DNA of 64,000 nucleotides from Callorhinchus milii. Its lineage: Eukaryota. The notes below the pieces were generated by a model. That model had not been told where the DNA came from. It saw only the letters and a program-made list of their open reading frames with translations, and did not search any database. Position 1 is the first letter of the stretch; the number at the start of each line of letters is the position of its first letter. Shown piece after piece: positions 14,140 to 27,039 of the stretch. The stretch is taken from assembly GCF_018977255.1 (NCBI RefSeq), contig NW_024704742.1, forward strand, positions 16,556,001-16,620,000, written 5' to 3'. The position numbers and the translations under genes are program-made.

Positions 14140-15480
14140 TGGTCTCCACTTCATCACCACAAACAGTTTCTCCTCTAGCTCCTGCATTGTCTCATGCAGC
14201 GTTGCTCAGGGCTCTGTCCTTGGTCGCCTGCTCTTCAGTATCTATATGCTCCCAGTTAATGACATCAGCCGCAGACATGGGGTCAACTTTCCATATGTAT
14301 GTGTCTGACACCCAACTCTATCTCTCTGCCTCCACCCCCGACTCCAGAACCACTGCTGTCCTCCTCGCCCGCCTCCCCTCCACTGCCACCCACAAAATCC
14401 AGATTATTCAAAACTCTGCCACCCGCATTCTCACCCGCACCAAACTCAGCTCCCCAATTACCCCAGTTCTTGCCAGACTGCACTGGCTGCCTGTCCCAGA
14501 GAGGATCGACTTCAAGATCCTCACCCTTGTTTTCAAATCCCTTCACTCCTCTGCACCCCCCTAACTCTCTGACGTCCTCTCTCCTCAAAACAGTGCCTGT
14601 TACCTTTGTTCTGCCTGGTCTGGCCTCCTCCTTGTCCCCCGAGTCCTCCGCTCCACCCTTGGCAGCCTGCCTTCAGCCACTATGCCCCGAGGCTCTGGAG
14701 CTCCCTTCCTCACTCCCTTTGCCTCGTGCCCTCTCTTCCTATTTTCAGGTCTCTGCTGAAGACCTTTCTTTTTGACACGCCTTTGGTCACCTTCTTCCCC
14801 CTCCCCCTGGCTTGGCCCGGGATCCGTTAGTGTGAAGCGCTCTGAGACGCCGTCCGGCGTGGAGGGCACTATATAAATCCAAGTTGTTGTTGTTGCTTTC
14901 CTGACAGAATGTCTATCAGACATCAAGTCCTGGATGAGAGCTAACTTTCTTTAGTTGAACATCAACAAGTCCGAGGCTCTCCTGATTGGTTCCCATCAGC
15001 ACCCCCACATCTCAGGTGCTGACAGCATTACCATCCAAAGATGCACATTCCACCTCACTGAGCTAGTCCGGAACCTCTCCATTTTATTTGACCCTCAGCT
15101 ATCCTTTCTACCCTAATCTATGCCATGACCCGCTCTCCCTTCCCCCAACTCCGCAACATCGCCCGGCTTCACCACTGTCTCACACTGCAGACTACCAAAA
15201 CCCTCATACACATATTTATAACATCCAAGCTCGACTATGCGAACTCCCTGCTTGTCAGTCTCTCCAACTCCTCCCTCCATAGGCTGCAGATCATTCAGAA
15301 CTCTGCAGCCCGTGTCCTCTCCCTCACCAGGCACTGTGACCCAATCATCCCCATCCTCATCCGACTCCACTGGCTTCCCATCACACAGAGGATACAGTTC
15401 AAGATCCTGGTCCTCACCTTCAAAGCCCTCGATGGCCTTTCTCCCCCTACCTCTGCGACCTCCTAACTGCCTACCAACCT
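14140..15480 (+). mobile_element. Nested L2 fragments: an L2 3' end (to about 14895) inserted in another L2 ORF2 remnant
   Basis: VAQGSVLG.LLFSIYMLP, DTQLYLS and IQNSA.RILT..LHWLPV..RIDFKIL; internal (TTG)n tail at about 14880-14895, then ORF2 resumes (ORF 15125-15466, SKLDYANSLL, LHWLPITQRIQFKIL). Confidence 0.85.
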
Positions 15481-16637
15481 GCCGGCTCCCTCCAATCCCA
15501 AATTTGCTGAGAAACAAGAGTACTGAGACATCCACAGAAGGGTTCACATGGCTCTGATATTCAGTTTCCAATTGCATCTCCAAGGAGACCTCATTTATCT
15601 TGCCTCCAAGGGGCAACCAGCTGTTACTCCCTTAGGAACTTAGTGCAATTGGGTGTGGCTACATGCACCCTCCTTTGAAAAAAAGTTGACCAGCTGTCGA
15701 ACACTGCTCTTGCGATGACTTGACTATGCACTAATGAATATAATGGTCCGTAGGACGCTACAAGGTCAACTGATGCCCAACGGAGTAAAGACACCATTTG
15801 ATGCAGCACTTGGAGATACAGACAAAACATATGCAGGATTGAATTCTGGTCTGTGTGGACTTAGCTGATATTAATTGGAGCAGTACAATTGGTGCCTGTG
15901 GAACAATATAGCTCAGCAGCTTCAGGAAGAGAGAGGAAATTGGAGAGGGAAAAGACCTTTGGATCAGCTAGCTTGGCAACATTGTCACAATGCGATTTTC
16001 TATTGATATTCATGTGGTCAAACATCAATTCTTTCGATCTTATTGAAAAATAGATCGCTTCCTATCATGATGCTGAATCTCTCTTTCTATTATCAATTTC
16101 ACCACAGATATCTACTGAGAAAAAAAACACATGGCAATATGAAAATCATGTATTCAAATTAAATGCAACTTGCAAATTTAGATTTCATACAAGTTAAACA
16201 TCAACAATATAAACAGATGTTTTATCTGATTGGATTGAGCCTTTCATCTCGTTCCCATTTCCAGGTGACAAGTGGTACAGTGTTTCAGTTCATGCATAAG
16301 CATCTTTCTTTGTGCCTAAACATATTTATATTTAAAAGGTTTCAGGTCCTCAGTGGTGCAGATGCTAAAGATTCTGAACTGGATGGAGACTTTAGCAATC
16401 CTGTGATCACCGAGTAACTCAGTGAATGTAATTAATACTCATCACAGAGAAAGACACAACACTCACATTTATTCTTGTTTATGAAGAATGTGCACAATCT
16501 ATGTGGGAATGAGGGTAATCACAAATCAATATGAAATAATAAAACAAAATCTGAATCATAAAATGGCACTTTTTCAATCTTTGTGTTTTTTATGCAAAAA
16601 AACCTTACATTATCACAACTTGCCTTGGTTGTGATAA

Positions 16638-17010
16638 TGGGTTCAATTCCCAGGCAGGGCAAAAGGCAAGTTTCCTTACTCCACACGCCTCTGTTTACCT
16701 AGCAATCAGTAGGAACCTGGTAGCTAGTCGATTGGTGGATCTCTTTTCTGGGGGGGTAACATTTTTTTTTAGAAATCATAACAATTTGGTCACTCAATCA
16801 ACAACAACTTGCATTTATATAGCGCCCTTCATGCTGGGGAGTGTCCCACAGTGCTAGTAATCAACGACTGTTTATATGACATTGCTATGCATAATTGGTT
16901 GTTGTCACAAAATATACAGTCAATTCACTTTACAGTATATTCTGTGAAGCATTTTGAGATGTCTCGAAGGTGTGATAAGGCATTATATCAAATGCAAGGA
17001 TTATTATTAA
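16638..17010 (+). mobile_element. 5'-truncated tRNA-derived SINE with a small minus-strand L2 tail inside (about 16798-16855)
   Basis: Starts at the B box gggttcaattcc; body and tail match the 45567 copy. Confidence 0.8.
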
Positions 17011-19141
17011 CTTCATTATGAGTAGCATTGGAAGCAAAGATTAATAAATAGATAATTTTTTATTTTTATGATAGTTTTGTCTAAGCTTTGTTTTGCCTAA
17101 AAGAATTCTGTTATACTTGTCAGAAATTGCCTGTGGAGGACTTTGAGACATTTCAATGTGGCAAATCCTATAAATAGACAATTTTTTTCCTTCTTTATCG
17201 TATAAACAATATGCAAAATAGGACATTATAACAGATACATTCATATTCATATTAAAAATAATGTAGGATATTGTTGTAAGCAAATTGGCTGAGGCATTTA
17301 CCTACAAAATACACAAGTCACTACAATTCACAATGAATCCTGTGAAGTGTTTTGAGATGTATTCCCAACTTGAAAGGCGCTATATCAAATGCAAGAATTA
17401 TTTTTATGTAAAAAAGACTAAATTAAGAATATCTTAATGCTAAAATATGCGTCAACAGTCTTATAAATTAATTTATTTCCAATATAAACAATCAACCTAT
17501 ATTAAGGCTAAAACCAGGACTAGAGATATCTAAAGGGTATTTTTTCACTTTGTTTAACTTGAATATGTTGTCAGGTATAGGGCTAATATTTCATTTGTAA
17601 GTAGATTTGATGAGGGGGAAATAGTGTCATGTGAAAGGTGCAGCAACTGAATTTTAAACAATGCAATAATCACAGTCATCCACAAGCAAGTCACTTGCAC
17701 GATGCAGCAATACTTAAAAAGCAACAAACTATCACAGGAAAGATTCTACATAAGTCATCTATAAAATATAACTAGCACATCAAATATTTATAGCAAAGAG
17801 TCCTCCTTTCTGTACGTTGGATAATGTGCACATAAATGACAACTTGAATTTTAAAAATAGACTAACGTCTTTGCCCTACTTTAACATCTACATTATGCTT
17901 AAGAAGTTTGCAACATTAATAATTTCCACCCAAAAATATTATGTGATATTTGCCAGAAGAATAAATTGTGTGGCATATTTTATAAAGCCAGGGGATAGTA
18001 CGATATTTCAACAGATTATTAAGTTACTGGTTATCATTCACAGTCTGGTTTGTCAAAGGCTATTATTTGAATATTTCATGAGGAAAAATAGTACTTCATG
18101 CCAAAAATACACGCTGAAATGAAACATTACAATCCACTCTTTGTAAATAAGGCTAAACATTCTGGAATTCTTACCTTTCAAAACTTGTGAATAAAAATGC
18201 AAACTCTCTAAAAAGTACAAGTTCCTTTTTACATGTATTCAATGCCTCCCAAGCGAGATAGATAAAAAACTGCAACATATAGGTGAATATAAACTTACCT
18301 GAACATCTTTATTAAAATAAAGTTAGAAAAGCTATGGTTAACATTCGATTTTCTTTTGCTGAAGCTGGCAAATGCAAACAAAACAAAGGGTTTTGTTTTA
18401 AATGGTTTGCTTCATGCATAATTAGTAAGAAAGTTATAATGCATCATGTTACAAGATAAAGTAGTCTTAAAAGATGAACAGCCTTAGCGTGCAGCATCCA
18501 ATTACATTTTACAGTATCAGATGTGAAAATAAAGTTTCAGTTGACAAATACAGATCAATGACTTCTGCGTTCCTCAAGTATTTTTGCATTCAAATAATGG
18601 CAACATTTTTGTCATGATCCGATGTAAATTGAGAGGGGTGGAACTATTTCACACTGCTCTATCCTGGTTTTGAGAAAGCAGATAAAGCCCATTAAGCATC
18701 TGATCTGATGGTAACTGCATGAGTTCTATGCTTTCAGTGGTTTCATTTTTCTTGACAAATTAAACCTACATACTAGAATGCTATGCTGTAAGAAAGTAAG
18801 AAATACTTATATGTTTATAGCACCTTATATGTCAAAACTTTCAAGGGGGCTCTACAATAATCCATTGTCAATTTGTTTATAATTATTGACCGCTTTATGT
18901 AAGTAAACAGTTATTTTGTTTACTGTAAGATCACCACAAACAATCATGATATGAACAATTTACTCATCTTGAGGATTTGAACCATAGAAATCCAAGAAAT
19001 TTTTAATAATAGTAATCCTTGCATTTAATATAGTGCCTTATCACATTTTCTAGACATCTCAATGTGCTTCACAGAATATACTGTAAAGTGGATTGATTGT
19101 ATTTGTATGAATTTATAACACCATTTATGTCTGTATTGTCT

Positions 19142-19376
19142 GTATTCTCTTTGACCGTGCCTTCAGCTCCCCTCTCGACTCTCTTCCCCTTCCTCGCTCC
19201 CTCCCTTCCCTCCCCTCACCCTGACCATTTCCCCCCTCCTCTCTCCCTCCCTTCCCTCCCCTCACCCTGACCATTTCCCCCCTGCTCGGGTCATGACCCA
19301 ACTGTGCAGCGCCTTGGGACGTCCTCCTGACGTGAAAGGCGCTTTATAAATGGAATCTTGTTGTTGTTGTTGTTGT
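19142..19376 (+). mobile_element. L2 3' end with 10-bp target-site duplication, inserted in an old CR1 tail
   Basis: TGTATTGTCT at 19132-19141 and 19377-19386; (TTG)n tail; CR1-like sequence continues after 19386. Confidence 0.85.
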
Positions 19377-20939
19377 TGTATTGTCTCTTTGAAAGAACAA
19401 TCCATTCAGTCCAATTTACCTTTCTTTTCCCCATACAACTGAAAATTATTCCTTCAATTCCCTCTTTACGCCTAATTTAGATCCTGCCTCAACCACAGAA
19501 CACAACAGTTCATTCCACATCCTAACAATTTTGTATAAATAAATGTCTCCTTATCTTTCACTTGCCAGCTACCCTAAATTGATGCCCTCTAATCACGGAC
19601 TAACTGGCCACCAATCGTTGTCGAGGACACTGAGTGAAACTCTCTTCTCAGTTTGAATAGGTCAGGAACCTTTTATGTCCACTTGAAGAAATGAAAACAG
19701 GATGTCAATTTTGATGTCTTGTCTGAAGATGGCACTTTCAACAATCAACGCTTTCAACAATCTGGTCCCATAAAATATAGTGCTCATTTAGATGTGCATG
19801 ACTAATAAAAGCATCACTCACAAACAACAATTGAGAATGTATTTAGGAAAGCTAGCAAAGATAGCAAAGATATTTTTTTGCCTACTCAATCTGGTTTGTC
19901 CCTCCACTTGTAATTTAGAATAGAATTTCCTTCAGTTTTCTTTTTAAGGCTTTTGCTTCTTCAGAAACAGTTAAAGTTTATGAAATGAACATTTTCGGAT
20001 GGTTTAGGTACAAGGCAGTTCAGTTTGGTAACTGGAGGTATTAACCTTGTTCAGTTATTCACAGCAAAATACACTAATATTGCTGAGGGAGGTATGCGTA
20101 GCGCTTTGGGATGTCCTCCCGATATGAAAGGCACTGACAAATGTAATTTTGTATTTTTGTATTGTATCCACCTTTGGAATGCCACCCAGTCTACAAGTGC
20201 TCACACACACAAGGAGGTCTGGGAAGAGATGTTTGATGGTGAAATACAATCTACAAAAACAAACAGCTAGCCAATTTAGTATGTCAACTGACTATTAAAG
20301 ACAATATTAAACTGCCAACTGAGGAGAGAAAGTTAGTGAGGAATCCATGTGGAGAAAGAGCTGAGATCTTAAAAATGCTCCACTATAACATGTGAAACAG
20401 ATGGACTTAGGAATCCTGAGTTTGCTAATATTAGTGAACATGTAGGTGTCTGCAAATAGGAAGCAAACTGATGGGTACTGGTATCAGCACACATCCCATA
20501 TGTGTGTTTTTTTGTGCTAGTTTTGTAATTCCTATCCCTCAGAAAACAGTTAAAATATTTAGCAAAAAGCATTGGACAAAAAATCTGAACTGAGTGTGAT
20601 TTATATCACTGATATCATACATAATTTCAGAATGTTCCAAATATAGTGAGTTACTCGAGTCAATTTGATCCGTTGTCTAGCAATTGACCGAGGTGTCAGT
20701 TTAGTTCACTTGCATTAATAATTTACAGTTGTAGGAAACATCCGTTGGAATATGTAGAGTGGGAGCTGAGGCACTCCTGACAACTAGATTAATATTTTCC
20801 ATTGGAAGCGAAGGTACTGTTAATCCCAATATCTATATTACAGTTTCAGGCACAGTATTGAACCAAATGTTGATGAAATGCTTTATCAATATCACAGTTT
20901 AGATAGCAATCAAAATTAAAAAGGGAATTGTTAAATGAT

Positions 20940-21290
20940 TTGATTGCCTACATTTAGGCAGATGCAGCAATCATGTTGCACACAGCACAGTAAAGTCTCA
21001 CATGCAGCCATGAAGCAGATGATTAATAATCTAAAGGATTACTCGCCAGGATACCAAGATAAATTTCCTTCTCTTTTCCAACAGTATCATGGATTCTTTA
21101 ACATCCACTTGAAGACAAAATCACGGTTTTGCATCCCATCCAAAGGACAGCACCTCCAAACAATGCAGCACTCCCCCATATTGCACTGTCAGACTAGACA
21201 ATAATCTCACATCCCAATGTAGACTTTGAACCCACACATTTGGGATCCAGAGGCAAGAGTGCAACAAACAGAGCCAAGCTGATACTCAGC
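20940..21290 (-). mobile_element. Deu-domain SINE (decayed)
   Basis: Reverse complement matches 22765-23190 (catccaaaggacagcacctcc..caatgcagcac, ttgaaccc, agaggcaagagtgc). Confidence 0.7.
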
Positions 21291-21744
21291 TGTCACATCG
21301 AAATATAAATAGTCTAATTTATCAGCAGGGAATTACTGAGGATTTCGTCTGATAAATTATCATTATTTTGTCTCAACGTCTTAATTCTGAGTTTTCATAA
21401 CTTCATAAAATGAAGAACAAATCTCTTTGTTTTCCTCCCCTTACCCCCATTATTACCACCACTGGAAAGCTTGTAAATTGGCTTTGAGAGATGATGGTTG
21501 AACAAAACAGGGAAGGATGACATGGGAATTTATAGCAGCAGCTTACAAAATAGCTTCCTGGCAAAGTGTGCAATGGTTTGCTGAAAATTATCTTAGTAGC
21601 TTTTGTTAACAGTCATACCTGCCAATAAACTTGGGTATTTTTGTATTTTGGTGCTTAAAGCTAGTTGAGGCCTTAAAACAATAATGTGCTCTCTGCTTTT
21701 ACATGCCCCAAATCTTACATCTCAGTTACATAAAAGTGACATGG

Positions 21745-21928
21745 TCCTGCCTTCAGGGTCCCGTCTAAAGACCTTCCTCTTCAGCCATGCCTTCAGCCAC
21801 CCCCACTCCACCCCTTCTGACCCCAACTCCCAGCTCAGGTCAAAAAAAAACCTGACTGTCCAGCGCCCTGGGACATCTTTCCAATGTGAAGGGAAGGGCG
21901 CTATACAAGTGTTATTTGTTGTTGTTGC
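21745..21928 (+). mobile_element. L2 3' end
   Basis: aagaccttcctcttc...cagcgccctgggacatc...gcgctatacaagtg..(TTG)n. Confidence 0.75.
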
Positions 21929-22764
21929 TGTATGCATGGTAACAATGAAATACTGCAAAGATTAGTCTCTCCAACGTTAAGATGTTTTTTGCTCCAACAT
22001 GTATTTTCTTTTCTTTTCATCAATCAGTTTTATTTTGACTAGACCAAAGTGAATGGTACATATGTACAGTAGTTCATTTACTTGCAATAATTCTACTCTC
22101 AATCTTTATAAGTCAATTAAGATCAAGCAACTGTAACTTAATGGCAATCTCACATTTTTTATTGGTGTTCAATTCTGTACAGCTCAAGGTTGAGTACTTA
22201 GAAGAACAACAAATTAATATTAAAAGACCTTACAAATAAACACATTTCTGCTAATAAAGATTATCACTTATCCTTGTTACTTCTACATGTTGTATACGGG
22301 TACACTATTGTACACTTATGCATGTTGTATTGTGGTACATTGTGATCCTTTACCATTGTGCTAATCAGTCAATTTACATGAAATTATTTTTGCTAGTTAT
22401 CACTGTTTCCATCAAGTGATTTGTATCAACAAGTGTTCTTTTTCCCAAACATCTAAAATTCTTGAACAATTTTGTACGCTCTGTGAAAAATAGAATTTTT
22501 TAATTATTTCTACCTTTTTAAAAATTTCTATTTGATGGAGAACAGTTAAGTTGTTGTTTTTTATTTACACAAATTATTTTTATTTATTTTATTTACACAA
22601 AAAAATTGAGAATCCCAAAATGCTTAATTTTGTTCTTTTTGGGTAATAATTATAAGTAAGATTGCACACCAATACAGCAGTTGTATAAAATACCACTCAC
22701 CTATTTCTGCAAAGTCTGGGCATTTTAACACAGATTTCACAACACAGATTCAAAACATTTGTGT

Positions 22765-23190
22765 CTGCTTGGCTCAGTTGATAGCACTCTTGCCTCTAAG
22801 TCAAGAAGTTGCAGGTTCAAGCCCCACAATGATACTTTGAACTCAGATCATCCAGGCTGACACTCCAATGCAGTGTGGGAATGTGCTGCATTGTTGGAGG
22901 TCCTGTCCTTTGGATGAGACATTAAACTGAGGTCCTGCCTGCTTGATCAGGTTGACGCTAAAGATCTCATGGCACTATTTGTAAAGAGAAGGAGTTTCTC
23001 CCGGTGTCCTGACCAACAATCCTTGCACACAAAATTGATCTTTTGCTGTATGGCTGTTTTTGGGACATGGCCATGTGTAGATCAGTTGCTGCGTTTACCT
23101 ACAAAATTGATAGTCACTCCACTTTACAGTACATACAGTGAAGCACTTTGTCCTCCTGACATGGAAGGTGCTATATCAATCAAATGTTAT
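22765..23190 (+). mobile_element. Full-length Deu-domain SINE (tRNA head + Deu core + L2-type tail)
   Basis: Head ggctcagttgatagcactcttgcctct...ggttcaagcccc; core gctgcattgttggaggt...ggatgagacattaaactgagg...aaagatctcatggcactattt; resembles the SacSINE1/AmnSINE1 superfamily from recall. Confidence 0.75.
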
Positions 23191-23589
23191 TATTCTAACA
23201 GTATTTAGCTTTAGTATTTAGGATTTAACAGCCTTCCAAAAACAGTTAGACAGATAAAGGGTTTGGCTGTGGATTATTTGCTCATCCGGCACTGTGAATG
23301 CACTTTCCTCCCAACATGAAAGGCACTGTCTAAATATTAATTGAATAGTATTTGTATTTGGTCGAAAGACACATTTTGAATTTTTCTCCTCTTGCTTGGT
23401 GGATATATTAATTGATAAATCACTTTACTTTTGCTGGAGTTCCAGCCAGTAGTGTCATAAAGTTTTAACTATGGGAAGTACTAAACAACTTTTTAAATAA
23501 TTCATTGTTTCCTTCTACTACCTTTGTTAGTTTCTGATGATGTAGAGCCTGGAGTACATCTGCCAGCCACTCCCTGCCAAATGTTCTTC

Positions 23590-24110
23590 CTTTAGCTTTA
23601 CTGATAGTTCTTCTGACATAATCTATTTCATGCTTTACTGCTTGCTATTTTTCACTTTCAATTGCAATGAAAGACATGACTGCTCCCTCCATCTCTTCCA
23701 AGTACTGAGGTTGGCCTCGTGAAGATGGTTAAGCTTGGCTTCATTTCCTTGCCTCATGGGAACGCTAGCTTTAAGGCCTACTTGAACTGTTCCATAAACT
23801 GCTGAGGAGCAAGGTTTGAAATCTTCCAGCAGTAAAGATTTCCTAGGAAAGAATCTTAGCTTGTCCGTGTTTTTCCTGCTCTTATTATCTCTTCAATTGT
23901 GTGTCATGTAAGATGTTGTTGCTGTGCCACAGGGAAAGCATTGACATTTTCTAGTTCTATCTTTAAATCCTTTCTGCTTGTTGCTTGAAAATCAGTTGAA
24001 TATAAATGTTCTCGATGTTCTAGGCAAAATCAGCCAGCATCATATAAACACCATCTTCACTACTTGAGTTTCTCTACCAATTCTTTCCATGTTGTATCCA
24101 AGTGTCACAA
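23590..24110 (-). pseudogene. Possible fossil hAT transposase C-terminal (dimerisation) fragment
   Basis: Manual translation with frameshifts gives VYGTVQVGLKASVP...AKLNHL..NLST, LEEMEGAVMSFIAIESE and DYVRRTISKAKGR, resembling the hAT pattern YPNV.IAL...P...FSKLKLIK..LRSTM..ERL..L..IE.E...DY..II..FA..K.R. Confidence 0.4.
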
Positions 24111-24259
24111 CTATAACTTTAATTTTAAATTAGACCCACATCATAATACATTGATACAATAATTCTGCTGTTTCTCAGTCATAACTTCAATAGTTTTGTT
24201 GAGGATGATGGTGTCTTGTCATTCTTCATTAATAATAACCTGCTTCAACCACAACAATC

Positions 24260-24910
24260 CTTAGGATAATGTCCCAAAGAGCTTACACTGTTGGAGTAGA
24301 TTTTGAACTGGTTGGGAGAGTAGGAGATGGCCAAAAGTGCAGTGAGAGCAATAGGTTTGGATGTTGAAAGTGAAGGGAGAAGGAGCGAGGTGGAGGGATT
24401 TCAGAGGAGTTCCAAAAAATGGAGCAAAGTGACTGATGGCCCGCCTAACAATGTTGGGATTGAGATGATGCAGAAAATGAACCAGGCAAGAGTTGATGGA
24501 ATAGTGGAATAAAGGGAATGAGTGGGAGAGTAGTATCGCAGGCAAATGCAGAGGTGAAGAAGGGATAATGTTGTGGAGGTATTTGAAGATTAGAGTAGTG
24601 ATCTTAAAGTCAATTTCACAGGGGGATAAAGAGCCTCCTCTACGACCGTGCTTTTGATCTCCCTGCTTCCCCCCCCTGCCCTGCACCCTCCTCCACCCCG
24701 ATCCTCAGCTCGGGTCCGTAACTCTGCCTGTCCAGCGCCTTGGGACATCCTCCCAATGTGAAAGGCTCTATACAAATGTAATTTTGTTGTTGTTGTTGTG
24801 ATGGTGTATTATTGCATTGTACAACAACAGCAACAACAACTACCACAACAAAATTATATTTGTGTAGTGCCTTTCGCGTCGGGAGGACTTCTCAAGGCGC
24901 TGGACAATCA
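24260..24910. mobile_element. Cluster of L2 3' fragments in both orientations
   Basis: Minus remnant 24260-24620, plus 3' end 24640-24799, minus tail 24820-24906. Confidence 0.75.
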
Positions 24911-25679
24911 GTGTTTCGGATCTACAAGGACTACAATGAGTTAAGAGGTTCATTCGTATAGCAGTTTTTTTAATGCAGGGAAAGTAGATAAATGGGGAGG
25001 GATAACCTACCCACTTACACCATTACACTTTGGGGGGAGTGAGGGAAGATGTCAAAAAATTAGATTAATAGACGATCAGTAACAGATTATTTATTCAAGC
25101 ACTTGGATCTAATAAAGCTTGTCTATAGTACATATTTGAAAAGTACTCAATTATTTTAATTTATAGCTGTTAACATTGACTATCAAAAATGTATGACTAT
25201 TCTATCCTCAAGGAAGGGGGGAATAAACTCACTGGGACTATGCTGGCTTCATCATAGCGTAACAGCATATATTTATATTTGTATATTGCCTTTCATATTC
25301 AAAGGATATGCCAAAATGATTCACACAGCTGAGTGGGTCCCTGAGCTGTGGGGGAGGGAGAGGGCGTGAGTGGGGAGCAAAGAGACACAGGAGGTGGAAT
25401 TACGGGAGTCCCTAAAGCACAGAGGTGGAAAAGGGGATCTATGCATATCAGATTCTGAGCTGTCAAAAAAATCACTTGAATCGAAAATGAAGAGTTTTTT
25501 TTAAGCAGCTCTTGTAAAACGCATTGCTGAGTTTGTGAACAGAAAAGCACCCAATGTCACAATAAATCTCAGAATAATACAACTGCATCATTTATTTTTA
25601 AAGTTATATGTGTCAGTCTTTAAAATATTTATTACAAAACATTGTACAGCAGCAAACGGTATGTAATACCAATGGTGTA

Positions 25680-26215
25680 GTAATCACCTCAATCCTCACC
25701 AGCCTCCACTGGTTTCCTATCCCCCAGCAGATTGATCAAAGTCCTCACCCTCATCTACAAATCTCTTCATGCTCAAGCACCTCCCCTGGCACTGTGATCT
25801 CCCTCTGACCCCAATCTGCTGCTCCCCCCCACCCCCCCACCTCGCTCAGCTGACTCAAGCATTCCCATCCTATTCACGCCACCGCCAGTGGTCAAGCTTT
25901 CAGACTCCATGCCACAAATCTGGAACTCCCTCCCTCTATCCCATCATCTCACCCTCTCTCTATCTGCCCAGTTTCTGCCTTAAAACACCTTCTTCAACCA
26001 CAGCTATGGTCACCTTCCCCTCCTTCCCTTTCTGTGACTGTCCACTGTAAATCACTTGCAGATGTTATCCTATGTGAAAGGTACCTTTTTTTTCGACCGC
26101 GCCTTTGGTCACCTTCCTCCCCCTCCCCCTGGCTCGGTCCCGGGATCAGTTACTGTAAAGCGCTCAGAGATGCCGTCCGGCGTGGAGAGCACTATATAAA
26201 TCCAAGTTGTTGTTG
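25680..26215 (+). mobile_element. L2 3' remnants in tandem
   Basis: LTSLHWFPI..QID-like coding remnant; the younger tail 26090-26215 is near-identical to about 14770-14895. Confidence 0.75.
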
Positions 26216-26589
26216 TACTGTACAGGGTGAATCAGAAATCCTTACTCATAGGGTTTTTACTTATTAATTATGTTCGTTTTTTAAGACAACTTTCGTAGAG
26301 AGTGCAGCTATTACAGGAGATGTATTTCACCGTGCTAGCGAAAGCTTTTGTCACTGAGTTGATATGTGTAAACATCTACATAGTATGCAGCTTGAACATC
26401 TCAAATAGATCTATGATGAGTAAGGACTTTTGATTCATCCTGTAGAAATGCAAGCTGTTATAAATCCAATAGTTGTCAACATGACACTTTACACGGAATT
26501 TGCACAGCCCATTTCAAGAAATAACCACATTTCAAAACCCCAATATATTGTTAAATACATGTTCTTGGAGCACACCCTGATGTGCCTGA

Positions 26590-26900
26590 TGAACTTTTAT
26601 TCCCCAACCCACTGACCCACTGGCTCTGCTCTCGCCTTCTGCTTCTCGCTGGTGATTTCAATATCAGTGGCTGCACTTTCAGTCACTACCCCCCCCCCCC
26701 CCCGAAACTCTGGAACACTCTCCCTCTATCCCTGCACTTTGCCCCTCCCTTCCCCAGCTTCAGGTCAAACCTGAAGACCTCTTGGACTGTGCCTACAGTC
26801 ACCATCCCCCCCAGCTCAGTGTTGTGCTCCTCCACTGACAAGCGCTCTGGGACGCTACCCTGCCTGAGGGGCGCTATATAAGTGGAAGGTGCTGTTGTTG
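26590..26900 (+). mobile_element. L2 3' remnant
   Basis: aaactctggaacactctccct...agcgctctgggacgctaccctgc..gcgctatataagtg..gttgttg. Confidence 0.7.
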
Positions 26901-27039
26901 AAGGATGATTGGTATATTCACTTCTGTACAGCTATATCACTGCACACTTGTGGGAATCTTCTCTCCGAAGATCCCGTTGCTGGAGGTGTCACTGAGATGT
27001 GGTGGGGCTCGCATTCTATCCCTGGCTTGGATTAGTGAG

